Shown here piece by piece: positions 8,570-22,379 of a stretch of 64,000 nucleotides of DNA (positions within the stretch are counted from its first letter, which is position 1; the number at the start of each line of letters is the position of its first letter). A program made the position numbers and the translations under genes. Where the stretch lies: contig DASXUQ010000014.1 of assembly GCA_036504735.1 (NCBI GenBank), positions 31,852 to 95,851 on the forward strand. Direction: 5' to 3'. This DNA comes from a bacterium. GTDB taxonomy: Bacteria; Electryoneota; RPQS01. A model generated the notes under the pieces. That model had not been told where the DNA came from. It saw nothing but the letters and a program-made list of their open reading frames with translations, and ran no database searches.

Positions 8570-9840
8570 GCCGCTCTCCGCAAGTCTCCAATCGCCCAGC
8601 CAATCCCGCCTACAACCGCAGCACTCACGCCGATGACGGCGAAGAGGGCTTCGGTGGAGATCAGTTCGGTGGCGAAGCCGGTGAGGGAGCAACTGATGGC
8701 GGAGAGGCCGACGACGGTGAGATTGACGAGGCTGAAGATCCGACCCTGCAAATGAGCGGGGACTTCGGTCTGAATCAGCGTGGCGCGGGGGACGAGGATG
8801 AAGGGGATGCCGATGCTGTGGATGAACCACCAGATCATCGTTGAGGTGAGCGTGTCGGTGAAATAAAACGGCACAAAGGTGATGCCGTCCCAGATGATGG
8901 CGCACAGCAGCAACTTGCCGCGTGGAAACCGGGAGGCGTAGCGGTGCACAAGAAAACTCCCCGCGACCATGCCCAATGCGAAAGCTCCCTCGGTAGCGGC
9001 ATACGCACCCGCGCCGAGTCCCAAATGCAGCCGCACATACAGCGGCGCGCCGACCAGCGCGGGACCCATGATAAACAGATTATCCACTGCGGTAATCCAC
9101 AGCAGGCCGCGAATCAAACCATGCTGATGAGCATACGACAGCCCTTCGCGCACGGTCTGCAATGGTGCAAGCTTGGGAGCCGTTGTCACTTCGAGCGGAC
9201 GAGGACGCAGCTTCAACAAAAAAAGCAGCGACACGAAAAAGGTTATCGCGTCGCCGTAGAATAAGCCGCTGATTTTTGCCCACGGGAGCATCGCCGCCGC
9301 CATGACCGGGCCGACAAAATAGGCAAAGCCATAGGAACCCTGCAAGAGGGAACTGGAGCGAGTGAGGTCTTCGTGCTCCACGACCTGCGGAATCACCGAC
9401 TCTCGCGCGGGGTAAAACAGGGTGGTGAAGAGTGCAATGCAGAAGGCCAGCAGCCCGAGCAGCATGCCGGTCATCATGCCCATCAGATAGAGCGTAGGAA
9501 TCAAGGCCACCAGCGCCACCCGCGCGGCATCGGAGAAGATCATCACGCGCTTGCGATCCATGCGGTCCACCAGCGCGCCGGCGAAAACGCCGAAGATCAC
9601 CGACGGCAGATACTGCGCCATGCCAATCAGTCCCGTGGCGATCTTGGAGCCGGTCAGCTCATAGATCAGCCACATGATCGCCACCTGGTGCAGGGAATCC
9701 CCGGCGGTGGAAATCAATCCGGCTGCCCAGAGCGGCCAGAGCCCGCGTGGAACCCACGTCCGGCGCGTTACACGTTGTTCAGCAAGTGTCAAAGGATAAT
9801 CCGTGTCCCATACAGTTAGAGAGAACGAGACGATCACCAT
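8566..9840 (-). CDS. MFS transporter (DHA3/EntS-like). The start is uncertain, between 9792 and 9990.
   Basis: 12-TM pattern. LIxxxGDxxxxVAIMWLIY near the N-terminus. The annotated 5' extension to 9990 would overlap the divergent gene by 190 nt. The ATG at 9840 (MVIVSF...) or the TTG at 9792 is more plausible. Confidence 0.7.
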   Translation of the reverse strand: MVIVSFSLTVWDTDYPLTLAEQRVTRRTWVPRGLWPLWAAGLISTAGDSLHQVAIMWLIYELTGSKIATGLIGMAQYLPSVIFGVFAGALVDRMDRKRVMIFSDAARVALVALIPTLYLMGMMTGMLLGLLAFCIALFTTLFYPARESVIPQVVEHEDLTRSSSLLQGSYGFAYFVGPVMAAAMLPWAKISGLFYGDAITFFVSLLFLLKLRPRPLEVTTAPKLAPLQTVREGLSYAHQHGLIRGLLWITAVDNLFIMGPALVGAPLYVRLHLGLGAGAYAATEGAFALGMVAGSFLVHRYASRFPRGKLLLCAIIWDGITFVPFYFTDTLTSTMIWWFIHSIGIPFILVPRATLIQTEVPAHLQGRIFSLVNLTVVGLSAISCSLTGFATELISTEALFAVIGVSAAVVGGIGWAIGDLRRAA

Positions 9841-10807
9841 CGTCTCGTTTGCGTCACAGAATCCCGAACGGCAGGCGGAATTGAAGAGCGGGGTAGAGAG
9901 GGTCTTGAGTGGCCGCCCGCACAATCTGCATTTTTCCCGCGACGAAGCCTCTGCCATGGCCGATCTGCGCGAGGCCCAGATTCTGCTCACGTACCGCCAG
10001 CGGTTTGTAGAGGCGCTGGTTCACGCGGCGCCGAATCTTCGCTGGGTGCACGTGGGCGACGCGGGAGTGGAGCAGTGCTTCTTCCCGGCGTTTCTTGAAC
10101 GCGGCGCGGTGCTCACCAATTCCAGCGGCATTCACGGGCAGTACATGTCCGAGTGGACCCTCGCCATGCTGCTCTACATTTCGCAGCGTCTCGCCGAAGT
10201 GGAGGCCTGGCGCGCCGATCACGACTGGAAGCGGCACAAGGACCCCATCGTCACCAGCCGTTTTCTGATCGAAGGCAAGAAGGCGTTGATCGTCGGCTAC
10301 GGAGAAATTGGCAAGGCCGTCGCACAGAAGCTGCTGGCTTTGGGTGTGGCCTGCGAAGGCATCGTCTCCCGTTTCCGGCCTGCGGCTATCCCCCTGCATA
10401 CCACGCGGAAGTTGCCCGAAATCCTTCGTTACTTCGACATCGTAGTCATCGCGACACCGCTTACGCCGGAAACGGAGAACCTCTTCAACCGGGACATGCT
10501 GCAGCGCATGAAACCCGGATCGATTCTGGTGAACCTCGCGCGGGGCAAAGTCACCGACGAAGCCGCGCTGATGGAGGTGTTGCGGAATGGTCCCTTAGCT
10601 TACGCCGCGCTGGACGTTTTTGCCGAGGAGCCGCTCCCTGCCGAGTCGCCTCTCTTTGCCATTCCCAATCTGGTGATGACACCGCACATCTCCGGCAACT
10701 TTCCGGAATACACTCAGCGCGTGCATGACCTCTTCCTCCAGAACCTCGAGCGCTTTGCAAACGGCAAGCCGCTGCTGCATGTGGTAGACCGGGCGAAAGG
10801 CTACTGA
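9803..10807 (+). CDS. D-isomer-specific 2-hydroxyacid dehydrogenase (NAD-binding).
   Basis: GYGEIGKAVA Rossmann GxGxxG. Catalytic-region motifs LVNLARG and MTPHISG. The start is GTG. Confidence 0.8.
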   Translation: MSHTVRENETITIVSFASQNPERQAELKSGVERVLSGRPHNLHFSRDEASAMADLREAQILLTYRQRFVEALVHAAPNLRWVHVGDAGVEQCFFPAFLERGAVLTNSSGIHGQYMSEWTLAMLLYISQRLAEVEAWRADHDWKRHKDPIVTSRFLIEGKKALIVGYGEIGKAVAQKLLALGVACEGIVSRFRPAAIPLHTTRKLPEILRYFDIVVIATPLTPETENLFNRDMLQRMKPGSILVNLARGKVTDEAALMEVLRNGPLAYAALDVFAEEPLPAESPLFAIPNLVMTPHISGNFPEYTQRVHDLFLQNLERFANGKPLLHVVDRAKGY

Positions 10808-10826
10808 AGCCAAAAGTCAAAAAACT

Positions 10827-10866
10827 TAAAAGCCAAAACGGGAACCTTCTCGTTTTGGCTTTTTGC
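10827..10866. terminator. Bidirectional rho-independent terminator between convergent genes.
   Basis: AAAA, then the perfect 10-bp stem agccaaaacg/cgttttggct with a 10-nt loop, then TTTTT. Confidence 0.75.
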
Positions 10867-10874
10867 TCTTGGCG

Positions 10875-12551
10875 CTATTTCAGAATGACCATTTTCTGAA
10901 TGGCGTGTCCTGCCGTTCCTTCGAATCTTACGAAGTAAATTCCTGTCGTAAAGCCTTCGGTATTCAAGGCAAGGTGCTGCTCTCCGGCAGCCCATTTTGT
11001 TTGCGGCCAGGTGAACGCCTCGCGTCCGAGAACATCATAGACGGTTAGTCTGCCGCTGCCGTTGCTGGGCAGCGTGAGCGTGAGTGTCGCCGTGCCATTG
11101 ACCGGATTGGGATAGGTGGACAGAAGCACCGGCGAGTTCGGAACGGGATTGGGCGTGACGGGAACCGCATCGAAGATGTAATCCGCCGCGGCGAGGGCAT
11201 TCATGATTCCCCAGCCGAAATCATTATTCGCGCTATCGGCCATGGAGGCGGTTTGCATCATCGCATGGCGCACCATCTGCGCCGTCCATGTCGGATGCGC
11301 TTCCATAATCAGCGCCGCTGCGCCGGAGACAATCGGTGTCGACAAAGATGTTCCCGCGGCAAAGCCGTAGTTGTCCTGCGTGTGGGCCTCTGCCCACAGT
11401 ACCCATGTTCCCTGCGCGGAAATGTCCGGTTTGATGCGGCCATCTCCGGTCGGACCGGGCGAGGAAAACCCGGCGATTTCCCCCGTGGTGTCCACCGCGC
11501 CGACTGCCAGAATCGAATCCGCGTCCGCCGGCGTGACGATATGATTCCAGGAGGAAAACCGTTCATTGCCGGCGGCGGTGACGCACAATATTCCGTGCGC
11601 CGCGGCGACTTCGAGACCGCGCGTGGTGGTGGCGGTATGGCCGTTCAGGTCAGGAAACGGGTACCAGAAATCCGGTGCTTCGCCGATGTAGCCGAGGCTT
11701 GACGAGGTGATATCCGCGCCCAGGCTGTCCGCCCAGTGCAGCGCCTCCACATAGTAATCTTCTTCAGCGTGCGTCTCCGTCGGCACCCATTCGGTTTTGG
11801 CGCAGAGAAAATCGGCGCCGAAGGCCGGACCCACCAGCATGCTGTCGCGATAGCCGCCGCACACCGACAGTGTTCCCGTGCCGTGGCCGCTTTGTCCTGC
11901 GCTGTCTTCGCCGGCCACATCTTGAACGGTAGTGTCGCGGTGAATAAAATCGTACTTTGCCACGACGTGCAGACTATCAAAGGCGCGGTGATACAGTTCG
12001 TAGCCGGTATCGAGGAAGCAGATCAGGACGCCACGTCCGGAGAGCCCGCGGTGATGCAACTCCGGAATATGCGACATTGCGTATTGATGCAGCGAAAGCC
12101 CGTAATTCGGATCATCAAGCGTCCCTTGCGCGCGCGTCGGATGCTCATTCATGCCGGTCTTTCGCAGATGGAACTGCTCGAGGGTCTGCACGCCGTCCAT
12201 TTCCCGGATTGCGGCAAACTGTTGGGGCGTCGCCTCAATGCTGACGGCATTCAGCCACGGGCTCACCGTGCGGATTCGTGCGCCCGTAGACCGTATCTGC
12301 TCCACATAGCGGGCGCTGACCGGAAGATCATAGTTATCGGCCAGCGGAACATGATTCTTGATCCGCCGCGCAAGCGCGCGCGGAGTGAGAGTCTGTTCTG
12401 CCTGCTGCAGGGCCAACTGCCGCTCGGCGGGGGAGAGCCCTTTGTCGCGGAGATAGACCCAGTAACGCGCGGTATCATCCGCGGCATGTGCGGTACAGAC
12501 CATCAGCAGTAGCGCCAGCGCCGACAGGGCCGGCAGTCTCCGGATCAACAT
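10875..12551 (-). CDS. Subtilisin-like serine peptidase (S8 family) with a T9SS C-terminal sorting domain.
   Basis: Signal peptide. Catalytic D, H and S in DTG, HGTG and GTSLSTP motifs. C-terminus LSTYPNPVNGTATLTL...FVRFEG...QKMVILK. Confidence 0.85.
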   Translation of the reverse strand: MLIRRLPALSALALLLMVCTAHAADDTARYWVYLRDKGLSPAERQLALQQAEQTLTPRALARRIKNHVPLADNYDLPVSARYVEQIRSTGARIRTVSPWLNAVSIEATPQQFAAIREMDGVQTLEQFHLRKTGMNEHPTRAQGTLDDPNYGLSLHQYAMSHIPELHHRGLSGRGVLICFLDTGYELYHRAFDSLHVVAKYDFIHRDTTVQDVAGEDSAGQSGHGTGTLSVCGGYRDSMLVGPAFGADFLCAKTEWVPTETHAEEDYYVEALHWADSLGADITSSSLGYIGEAPDFWYPFPDLNGHTATTTRGLEVAAAHGILCVTAAGNERFSSWNHIVTPADADSILAVGAVDTTGEIAGFSSPGPTGDGRIKPDISAQGTWVLWAEAHTQDNYGFAAGTSLSTPIVSGAAALIMEAHPTWTAQMVRHAMMQTASMADSANNDFGWGIMNALAAADYIFDAVPVTPNPVPNSPVLLSTYPNPVNGTATLTLTLPSNGSGRLTVYDVLGREAFTWPQTKWAAGEQHLALNTEGFTTGIYFVRFEGTAGHAIQKMVILK

Positions 12552-12575
12552 GGTCGTTGTCCTTATTCAGTAGTT

Positions 12576-13430
12576 CTATATGCGATAACCGATTCCCAGT
12601 ACCCAACGGGTCTCACCGTGCTTTGTCGCCGGGAGTTCCCAGCCACCTTCCACCCGCATTCCGGCCTTCATATTGCCTACGGCCGCGCCCAGTGCGATGC
12701 GGTGCTGCGCTCCTGCGATGTACCCTCCGCGCACGATGCCGTAGCCGCCCAGCGGAACCTCCGCCCCATAATGGGATGTACCGTAGTGGAAATTGAAGTT
12801 CTTGCCCGTTTCGTTGCCCCGCCATTCATAGGCAATCACCACTCCCGAAGAGGGCGAGAGAAAGGCTCCTCCCACCCGCAGACGCCGTGGAACAAGGTCG
12901 CTTCCGCCGCCGAACGCGCGTTCGATGGACGCGCCGGCGCGAAAACTTTCGAAGGTCTGCAAAAAGGTCACATCGCCGATGGTCTTCCAACCACCGCTTA
13001 CTCCGGCGATATTGGAGGATACATAAGGCAGGCGCATCACCAGCCCGAAATGGGTAGTGGAGGTGACGTCGAGACTTGTACCTGTGTAAGGAACATAATA
13101 GACCGGTTGGCGTTTCTCGGTCCAGCCCTGCGTCCACATTCCCATACCGAAGGCCTGTCCCTTATCCGAACCGGGATTGGAGAGGGCGACACCCATCTGA
13201 TCGGGTCCGGCGTGGGTCACCGAACCATAGAAGAGGTCATATCCGACTTGCGTGAGGGTTCGCAGCCCGCTGGGATTCAGGAATCCGGCGGTCGGATCAT
13301 CGGCCACCGCCACGAAGGCGCCGGCCATGCCGATAATGCGAGGACTCTCGGGCAGCGCCAAGGTCTGAACTTGGCGGGCGAGGCCCAATAAGGGCAATAA
13401 CAGCCCAAGGAAAAGAATTAAGCACTTCAT
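12576..13430 (-). CDS. Outer-membrane beta-barrel protein with a FadL/TodX/PorV-like N-terminal motif. Possibly a T9SS-associated PorV/PorQ-type protein.
   Basis: Signal peptide, then IGMAGAFVAVADDPTAGFLNPSGL (the FadL-family N-terminal plug consensus). Gly/aromatic-rich alternating strands. Terminal GIGYRI. Confidence 0.45.
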   Translation of the reverse strand: MKCLILFLGLLLPLLGLARQVQTLALPESPRIIGMAGAFVAVADDPTAGFLNPSGLRTLTQVGYDLFYGSVTHAGPDQMGVALSNPGSDKGQAFGMGMWTQGWTEKRQPVYYVPYTGTSLDVTSTTHFGLVMRLPYVSSNIAGVSGGWKTIGDVTFLQTFESFRAGASIERAFGGGSDLVPRRLRVGGAFLSPSSGVVIAYEWRGNETGKNFNFHYGTSHYGAEVPLGGYGIVRGGYIAGAQHRIALGAAVGNMKAGMRVEGGWELPATKHGETRWVLGIGYRI

Positions 13431-13470
13431 ATCAACAAGTTAGCAAAAGCCCTCCCAAATGCAAGACTTC

Positions 13471-13499
13471 TTGGAGTTGTCATTCAAAAACCCTATATT
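13471..13499 (+). promoter_or_regulatory. Candidate rRNA promoter P1 (TTGGAG-17-TATATT).
   Basis: Shares a 25-nt near-identical block (ttcaaaa(a)ccctatatt) with P2, which lies 415 bp downstream. Confidence 0.4.
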
Positions 13500-13886
13500 G
13501 GCTCCGCTCTGGAACCTCCGTCTGGAGGGGAAAGTATATATAAGTCCATGAGTGAAGCAATGGCGCGAGCCATTGTGGCGTGGAGCCTCCTGCAACTGCG
13601 GACGACCGGATTTCGATATTCGATCTGGGGCAGAGACAGGGAACCGGCCAGTAGAAATATAATTGCTGCCGGGAACTTTCCTGAAGGGTCGGCGTATTAC
13701 AGAGACGTGAGGGAAATTAACCCCTCAAATGTGGGTCTTTTTTAAGCTTACCAAGTTGTCCGAAAAGGACATCGCCTCCCCGCCAAACAGCCTCCCTTTT
13801 TCACATAAGTTTGTATAACTTGATCTTAGTGCAAAAGGCAGGGCAAGAGGCGGCGAAAAAAGGTAAAAAATTGGTAAAAGAGGGTC

Positions 13887-13915
13887 TTGACAAATCGCGT
13901 TCAAAACCCTATATT
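13887..13915 (+). promoter_or_regulatory. rRNA promoter P2 (TTGACA-17-TATATT).
   Basis: Consensus -35 and -10 with a 17-nt spacer, about 165 nt upstream of the 16S 5' end. Confidence 0.65.
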
Positions 13916-14082
13916 AGACCCGCTTGAAACAAATACGGTGTCGGCGGCAAATGCCGAAAGACATGGCAAGCTGATCCAAAATTTGACTGTTCTTTGACAA
14001 AAGGAAGATGTGCGTGCCTGATGGAACCTTTTAAGGTGAAGTCAGAGGTCCTTGAAATTCTAGCTCAAAATCTCTGTAAAAT

Positions 14083-15619
<1,537 letters not shown>

Positions 15620-15813
15620 AGCAATCTACGGTGCTACACTCTTCGGAGTTCGCACACGATAGATAAGGTCGAAACCCTGATCTCAGGTTCTACGGAACCA
15701 ACCTTTAAGATTTCTCAGACCGCACATCTTCCTTTTTGATTTTTTCCTTTTCGCCGAGCAGAGTGTCGGATCGAAAATGGCCGGCGAAAGTCGGCCATTC
15801 CCTTTCGCACGTT

Positions 15814-15889
<76 letters not shown>

Positions 15890-15957
15890 GACGATTTAGC
15901 CGAGCGCAAACTGACGCCACAGCTGGAGTCGTGGCAGAGACATCTGCCCGGATTCAC

Positions 15958-16030
15958 GGGGCGTTAGTTCAGCTGGGAGAACGCCGGCTTTGCAAGCCGG
16001 AGGTCATCGGTTCGATCCCGATACGCTCCA
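15958..16030 (+). tRNA. tRNA-Ala (UGC) in the 16S-23S spacer.
   Basis: ggggcgttagttcagctgggagaacgccggctTTGCAagccgg...acgctcca, with the G3:U70 identity pair. Confidence 0.9.
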
Positions 16031-16399
16031 CATCGTGAGCGTATTTCTTTCTGATCGAAAAGGATAGTTGCCGTTGTCGTAATGGGCGGCGGTATGATGC
16101 ACGCAGTGATCTTTCTTAGATGATTTTTCGCAGCCGGTCGCAGGACCGGTCGTGACGAATAGACGATTATCCACTGATGTCGCCCTGGCGGCAACCCAGT
16201 GAGGCCGATTATCGGCTTGATCTTTGACAATTGGAAACAGCAACGTTATTCGACGAGGATAACGTTGCGTACGAGATTCTCGAGAAAACCAACGAGGTCT
16301 AATATCGACCTCGCTAAAAAATAGATATTGCTCAGTAATGAGCTGAGAACGAAAGCTGCTTGGGACAATTTGTCTATCTGTAAAGCAGAATAGTTTTTC

Positions 16400-19330
<2,931 letters not shown>

Positions 19331-19531
19331 GATTTTTAATTCTCTTTAAAGATGGTCAAGTTGTCCCCAGCGGCTTTCGAAAATGGGTTTTTACTTCGTA
19401 CGCAAGAGCTTGTCTTTTGCTGTTTCCAATTGTTGAGTTTCTGCGGCTGATGCGGAAGAGTCCCAAGCCCCTCACGGGTGCTTCACCTTCCCAGCCGCAT
19501 TGCTTTGAGCCGCCTGTGGCGGCCAACGGCT

Positions 19532-19648
<117 letters not shown>

Positions 19649-19660
19649 AATTTTCTTTCA

Positions 19661-19697
19661 AACACCCCAATCATGATGGTTGGGGTGTTTGCTTTTT
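19661..19697 (+). terminator. rrn operon rho-independent terminator.
   Basis: aacaccccaa / ttggggtgtt 10-bp stem, 9-nt loop, then tgcttttt. Confidence 0.8.
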
Positions 19698-19752
19698 AGC
19701 GCAGAAGGCATAAATTACGAAAAACCCAAGCCGCCGAAAACTTCTATCTCTT

Positions 19753-21051
19753 GTGGTGCGAACCCCGTTGGCCCTACTGCGATCCCTTCCGGTCCGGACC
19801 CAGATCTGGATCCTTTTTGTCTTCGGATTGGCTGCGCGCACTGCTGTGAGCCTCTTTTTCGCGGACAACCATAGTCTGTATTTCGAGCATATGCTCATTG
19901 CGCGGAACCTTCTGGAGGGAAAGGGCTATTCGTGGGATGAGTGGGGCCGGGCGGCGCTGCAATCCAGTTCGATGATTCCGCCGCTATACGTGTATTGGTG
20001 TGCTTTCTTTCAGTGGCTGTCCCCTGCGAATTTTCTTCCGATGTATCTTGGGCAGGCGGTGATCGCCGCGACGGGATGTTTCCCTGCCTATCGCCTCGGC
20101 AAGAGACTGTTCTCCGAGCGCGCGGGGCTACTGTTTGCCGCCTGCTATGCCTTTTACCCCGAACTGGTGTTTATTCATTCGAAGGCTGTTGCGGAATCTA
20201 TTTATGTCGTAATGGTTCTGTGGATGATAGAAAGGTATGCGGCCCTGCGGGAAGAGCCGCCAGGATCACGACGCGCTGTGAAGATTGCCGTGTTTGTCGG
20301 TGCCCTAAGCGGGACGGCCATGCTGGTCAAAGAGGCCGCCGGAATTGTGGCCATCGCCATCGTACTGGCGCTGCTGCTCCGATTCCGCGCGCGGATTACT
20401 GCGATCCGCAGCCATATGCTGCCGGCGCTGGCCGCAATGGCTCTGGTGATGTGTCCGTGGATTGTTCGCAACGCGATTGTCCAGGGAGAGTTCATTCCGA
20501 TCCGCACCGCCTTCGGCATTAACTGGTGGGTCGCCAATCACCCGGGCGCGGCGGGGAATGACCGCTATGCGGATGGCACCTATGTGATGTCATCGCTGCC
20601 GAAGGACTACGCGGATTATTTGAACCGTATTCTTCCCTTCGACGAACAGGATCGAGATCGTGTCTACGCAGAGGAAGTGCTGAGGTTCATCAGACAGCAC
20701 CCTTCGGAGTATCTTGCGCTGTGTGGGAAGCGGTTCGTGTACTGGATTTGGTTTGTATCCGGCCATCAACTGGCAAAGAACCCCGTTTATCGGGCATCGT
20801 GGATCGCGTTACTGGCCCTGTCGATTCCGGGGCTGGTTTGCGCAGCACGTCGACACCTCCTCGATCCGGTTTTCTCTTTAAGCCTATTGGGATACATGCT
20901 GCTGTATGTTCCTACGACAGTCCTTCCTCGCTATCGTGTGGTGACTACCACCATCCTCCTGCTGTTCGCTGCCGTGGCGATTGATGGCATTGCGCGTTAC
21001 GTGGAGGCGCGATCAAAGGCCTCTGCGCTGAGCAGCCCTCCTCCCGCCTGA
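19753..21051 (+). CDS. Polytopic membrane glycosyltransferase, GT39/ArnT/PMT_2-like (GT-C fold), paralog 1.
   Basis: 432 aa, about 11 TM segments. Conserved block GKGYSWDEWGR...PPLYVYWCAFF. Clear paralog of the next gene. Confidence 0.55.
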   Translation: MVRTPLALLRSLPVRTQIWILFVFGLAARTAVSLFFADNHSLYFEHMLIARNLLEGKGYSWDEWGRAALQSSSMIPPLYVYWCAFFQWLSPANFLPMYLGQAVIAATGCFPAYRLGKRLFSERAGLLFAACYAFYPELVFIHSKAVAESIYVVMVLWMIERYAALREEPPGSRRAVKIAVFVGALSGTAMLVKEAAGIVAIAIVLALLLRFRARITAIRSHMLPALAAMALVMCPWIVRNAIVQGEFIPIRTAFGINWWVANHPGAAGNDRYADGTYVMSSLPKDYADYLNRILPFDEQDRDRVYAEEVLRFIRQHPSEYLALCGKRFVYWIWFVSGHQLAKNPVYRASWIALLALSIPGLVCAARRHLLDPVFSLSLLGYMLLYVPTTVLPRYRVVTTTILLLFAAVAIDGIARYVEARSKASALSSPPPA

Positions 21052-21107
21052 TGCCATCGTCTTCCTAAGGTGCCATTGCTTTCATCTCGGGACCAAATCA
21101 CATTCCC

Positions 21108-22379
21108 ATGAAATCTCTCCTGTCTCGGTTGAGCCCCCGCTTTGTCCCGATGCACATCCTCGCGATCTTCCTGTTTGCACTGATCGCGCGGGAGGCGGTT
21201 ACGTTTCTTGTGGCGGAGTTGGACAAGACCTTTGAGTATCAACTTATCGCTGCGAATCTTGTGAATGGGCTTGGGATGTCGTGGAATGAGTGGGGCCGGT
21301 TGCCGTTACAGCCCACGGCTCTCTTTCCGCCGCTTTACATCTACTGGTGTGCCTTTTTCATTTGGATTTTCGGCCAGAGCAACTTAGTAATGTTCGTTGT
21401 GCAGGCTGTGGTGTCCGCTTCCGGATGCCTGCCTGCCTATCTGGTCGGCAGACGGATGTTCTCGCCTCGGATCGGCACGCTGTTCGCTGTCGCTTATGCG
21501 GTGTATCCGGAGATGATGTACGTGCATTCCCGCGCCACACCCGAATTCCTGTATGTGGTCATCTGCCTGTGGGTGCTTCATCTCTATCTGCTCTTGGCCG
21601 ACAACGACGTCGTATCACGTGACTTCGTAAAGCATGCGTGGATCCTCGGATTCCTGACAGGTGCGGGGCTGTTGGTTCGCGAAGGAGTTCTCATCGTCAG
21701 TGGGGCTGCGGGGCTCTCGCTGATAATGAAAAAACGTCCGGTCGGTCTGGTTATCAAAAACCTTGTTTTGCCCGTGGCGCTCGCTACGATGCTTGTGCTG
21801 GCTCCTTGGACGATTCGCAATTGGATTGTCCAAGGGCGCTTCATCCCGCTGCGCTCCGCATATGGTCTCAATTTGTGGATGGGGAATCATGAAGAGGCCA
21901 CCGGTACGGATAAGACCATGGACGGGCGCTATCAAATGGGATTGCTTTGGGAGAAGAACCGGGAATACTACGCCCGGACCATTCCCAATGACGAATACGA
22001 CCGGAACCAGTTCTATCGCAATGAAGCCCTGGAGTATATCCGGACCCATCCCCGGCACTACATGATGTTGACTGCGAAACGCCTCTGGTACTTTGTCTGG
22101 TTCGACCCTACTCATCCGCTGGCAAAGAACCGAATCTACCGGGCATCCTATATGCTGCTGCTAATTCTTGCGATCCCCGGGATCGTGCAGGCCGCGAGAG
22201 CGCGCAAATTGGATGCGGCCCTTGTGATCGCATTCGCGGGATTTCTGCTTTTATATGTCCCGGTGATTATCCTGCCGCGCTATCGCATTGTTCCAATGAT
22301 GTTCCTGCTACTTATGGCCAGTGTGGCCGTGGACTGGATAATCCAAAGATATCTGGCAGGACAGAGGAGACGCACATGA
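21108..22379 (+). CDS. Polytopic membrane glycosyltransferase, GT39/ArnT/PMT_2-like, paralog 2.
   Basis: 423 aa. Same architecture and conserved blocks as 19753..21051 (GLGMSWNEWGR...PPLYIYWCAFF...ILPRYR). Confidence 0.55.
   Translation: MKSLLSRLSPRFVPMHILAIFLFALIAREAVTFLVAELDKTFEYQLIAANLVNGLGMSWNEWGRLPLQPTALFPPLYIYWCAFFIWIFGQSNLVMFVVQAVVSASGCLPAYLVGRRMFSPRIGTLFAVAYAVYPEMMYVHSRATPEFLYVVICLWVLHLYLLLADNDVVSRDFVKHAWILGFLTGAGLLVREGVLIVSGAAGLSLIMKKRPVGLVIKNLVLPVALATMLVLAPWTIRNWIVQGRFIPLRSAYGLNLWMGNHEEATGTDKTMDGRYQMGLLWEKNREYYARTIPNDEYDRNQFYRNEALEYIRTHPRHYMMLTAKRLWYFVWFDPTHPLAKNRIYRASYMLLLILAIPGIVQAARARKLDAALVIAFAGFLLLYVPVIILPRYRIVPMMFLLLMASVAVDWIIQRYLAGQRRRT

Noticed and set aside
12618-13391. 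257-aa plus-strand ORF overlapping the FadL/PorV-like OMP gene.
   Set aside because: The minus-strand frame has a signal peptide, the FadL N-terminal motif and beta-strand periodicity. The plus-strand frame has none of these.
13548-13745. 65-aa ORF in the rRNA leader region.
   Set aside because: It lies between the rRNA promoters and the 16S gene, has no RBS, and the leader is expected to be non-coding (antitermination boxes).
15958-16030. G:U mismatch in the tRNA-Ala acceptor stem, considered as a possible error or pseudogene.
   Set aside because: G3:U70 is the universal alanine identity element. It is the expected feature of a functional tRNA-Ala.
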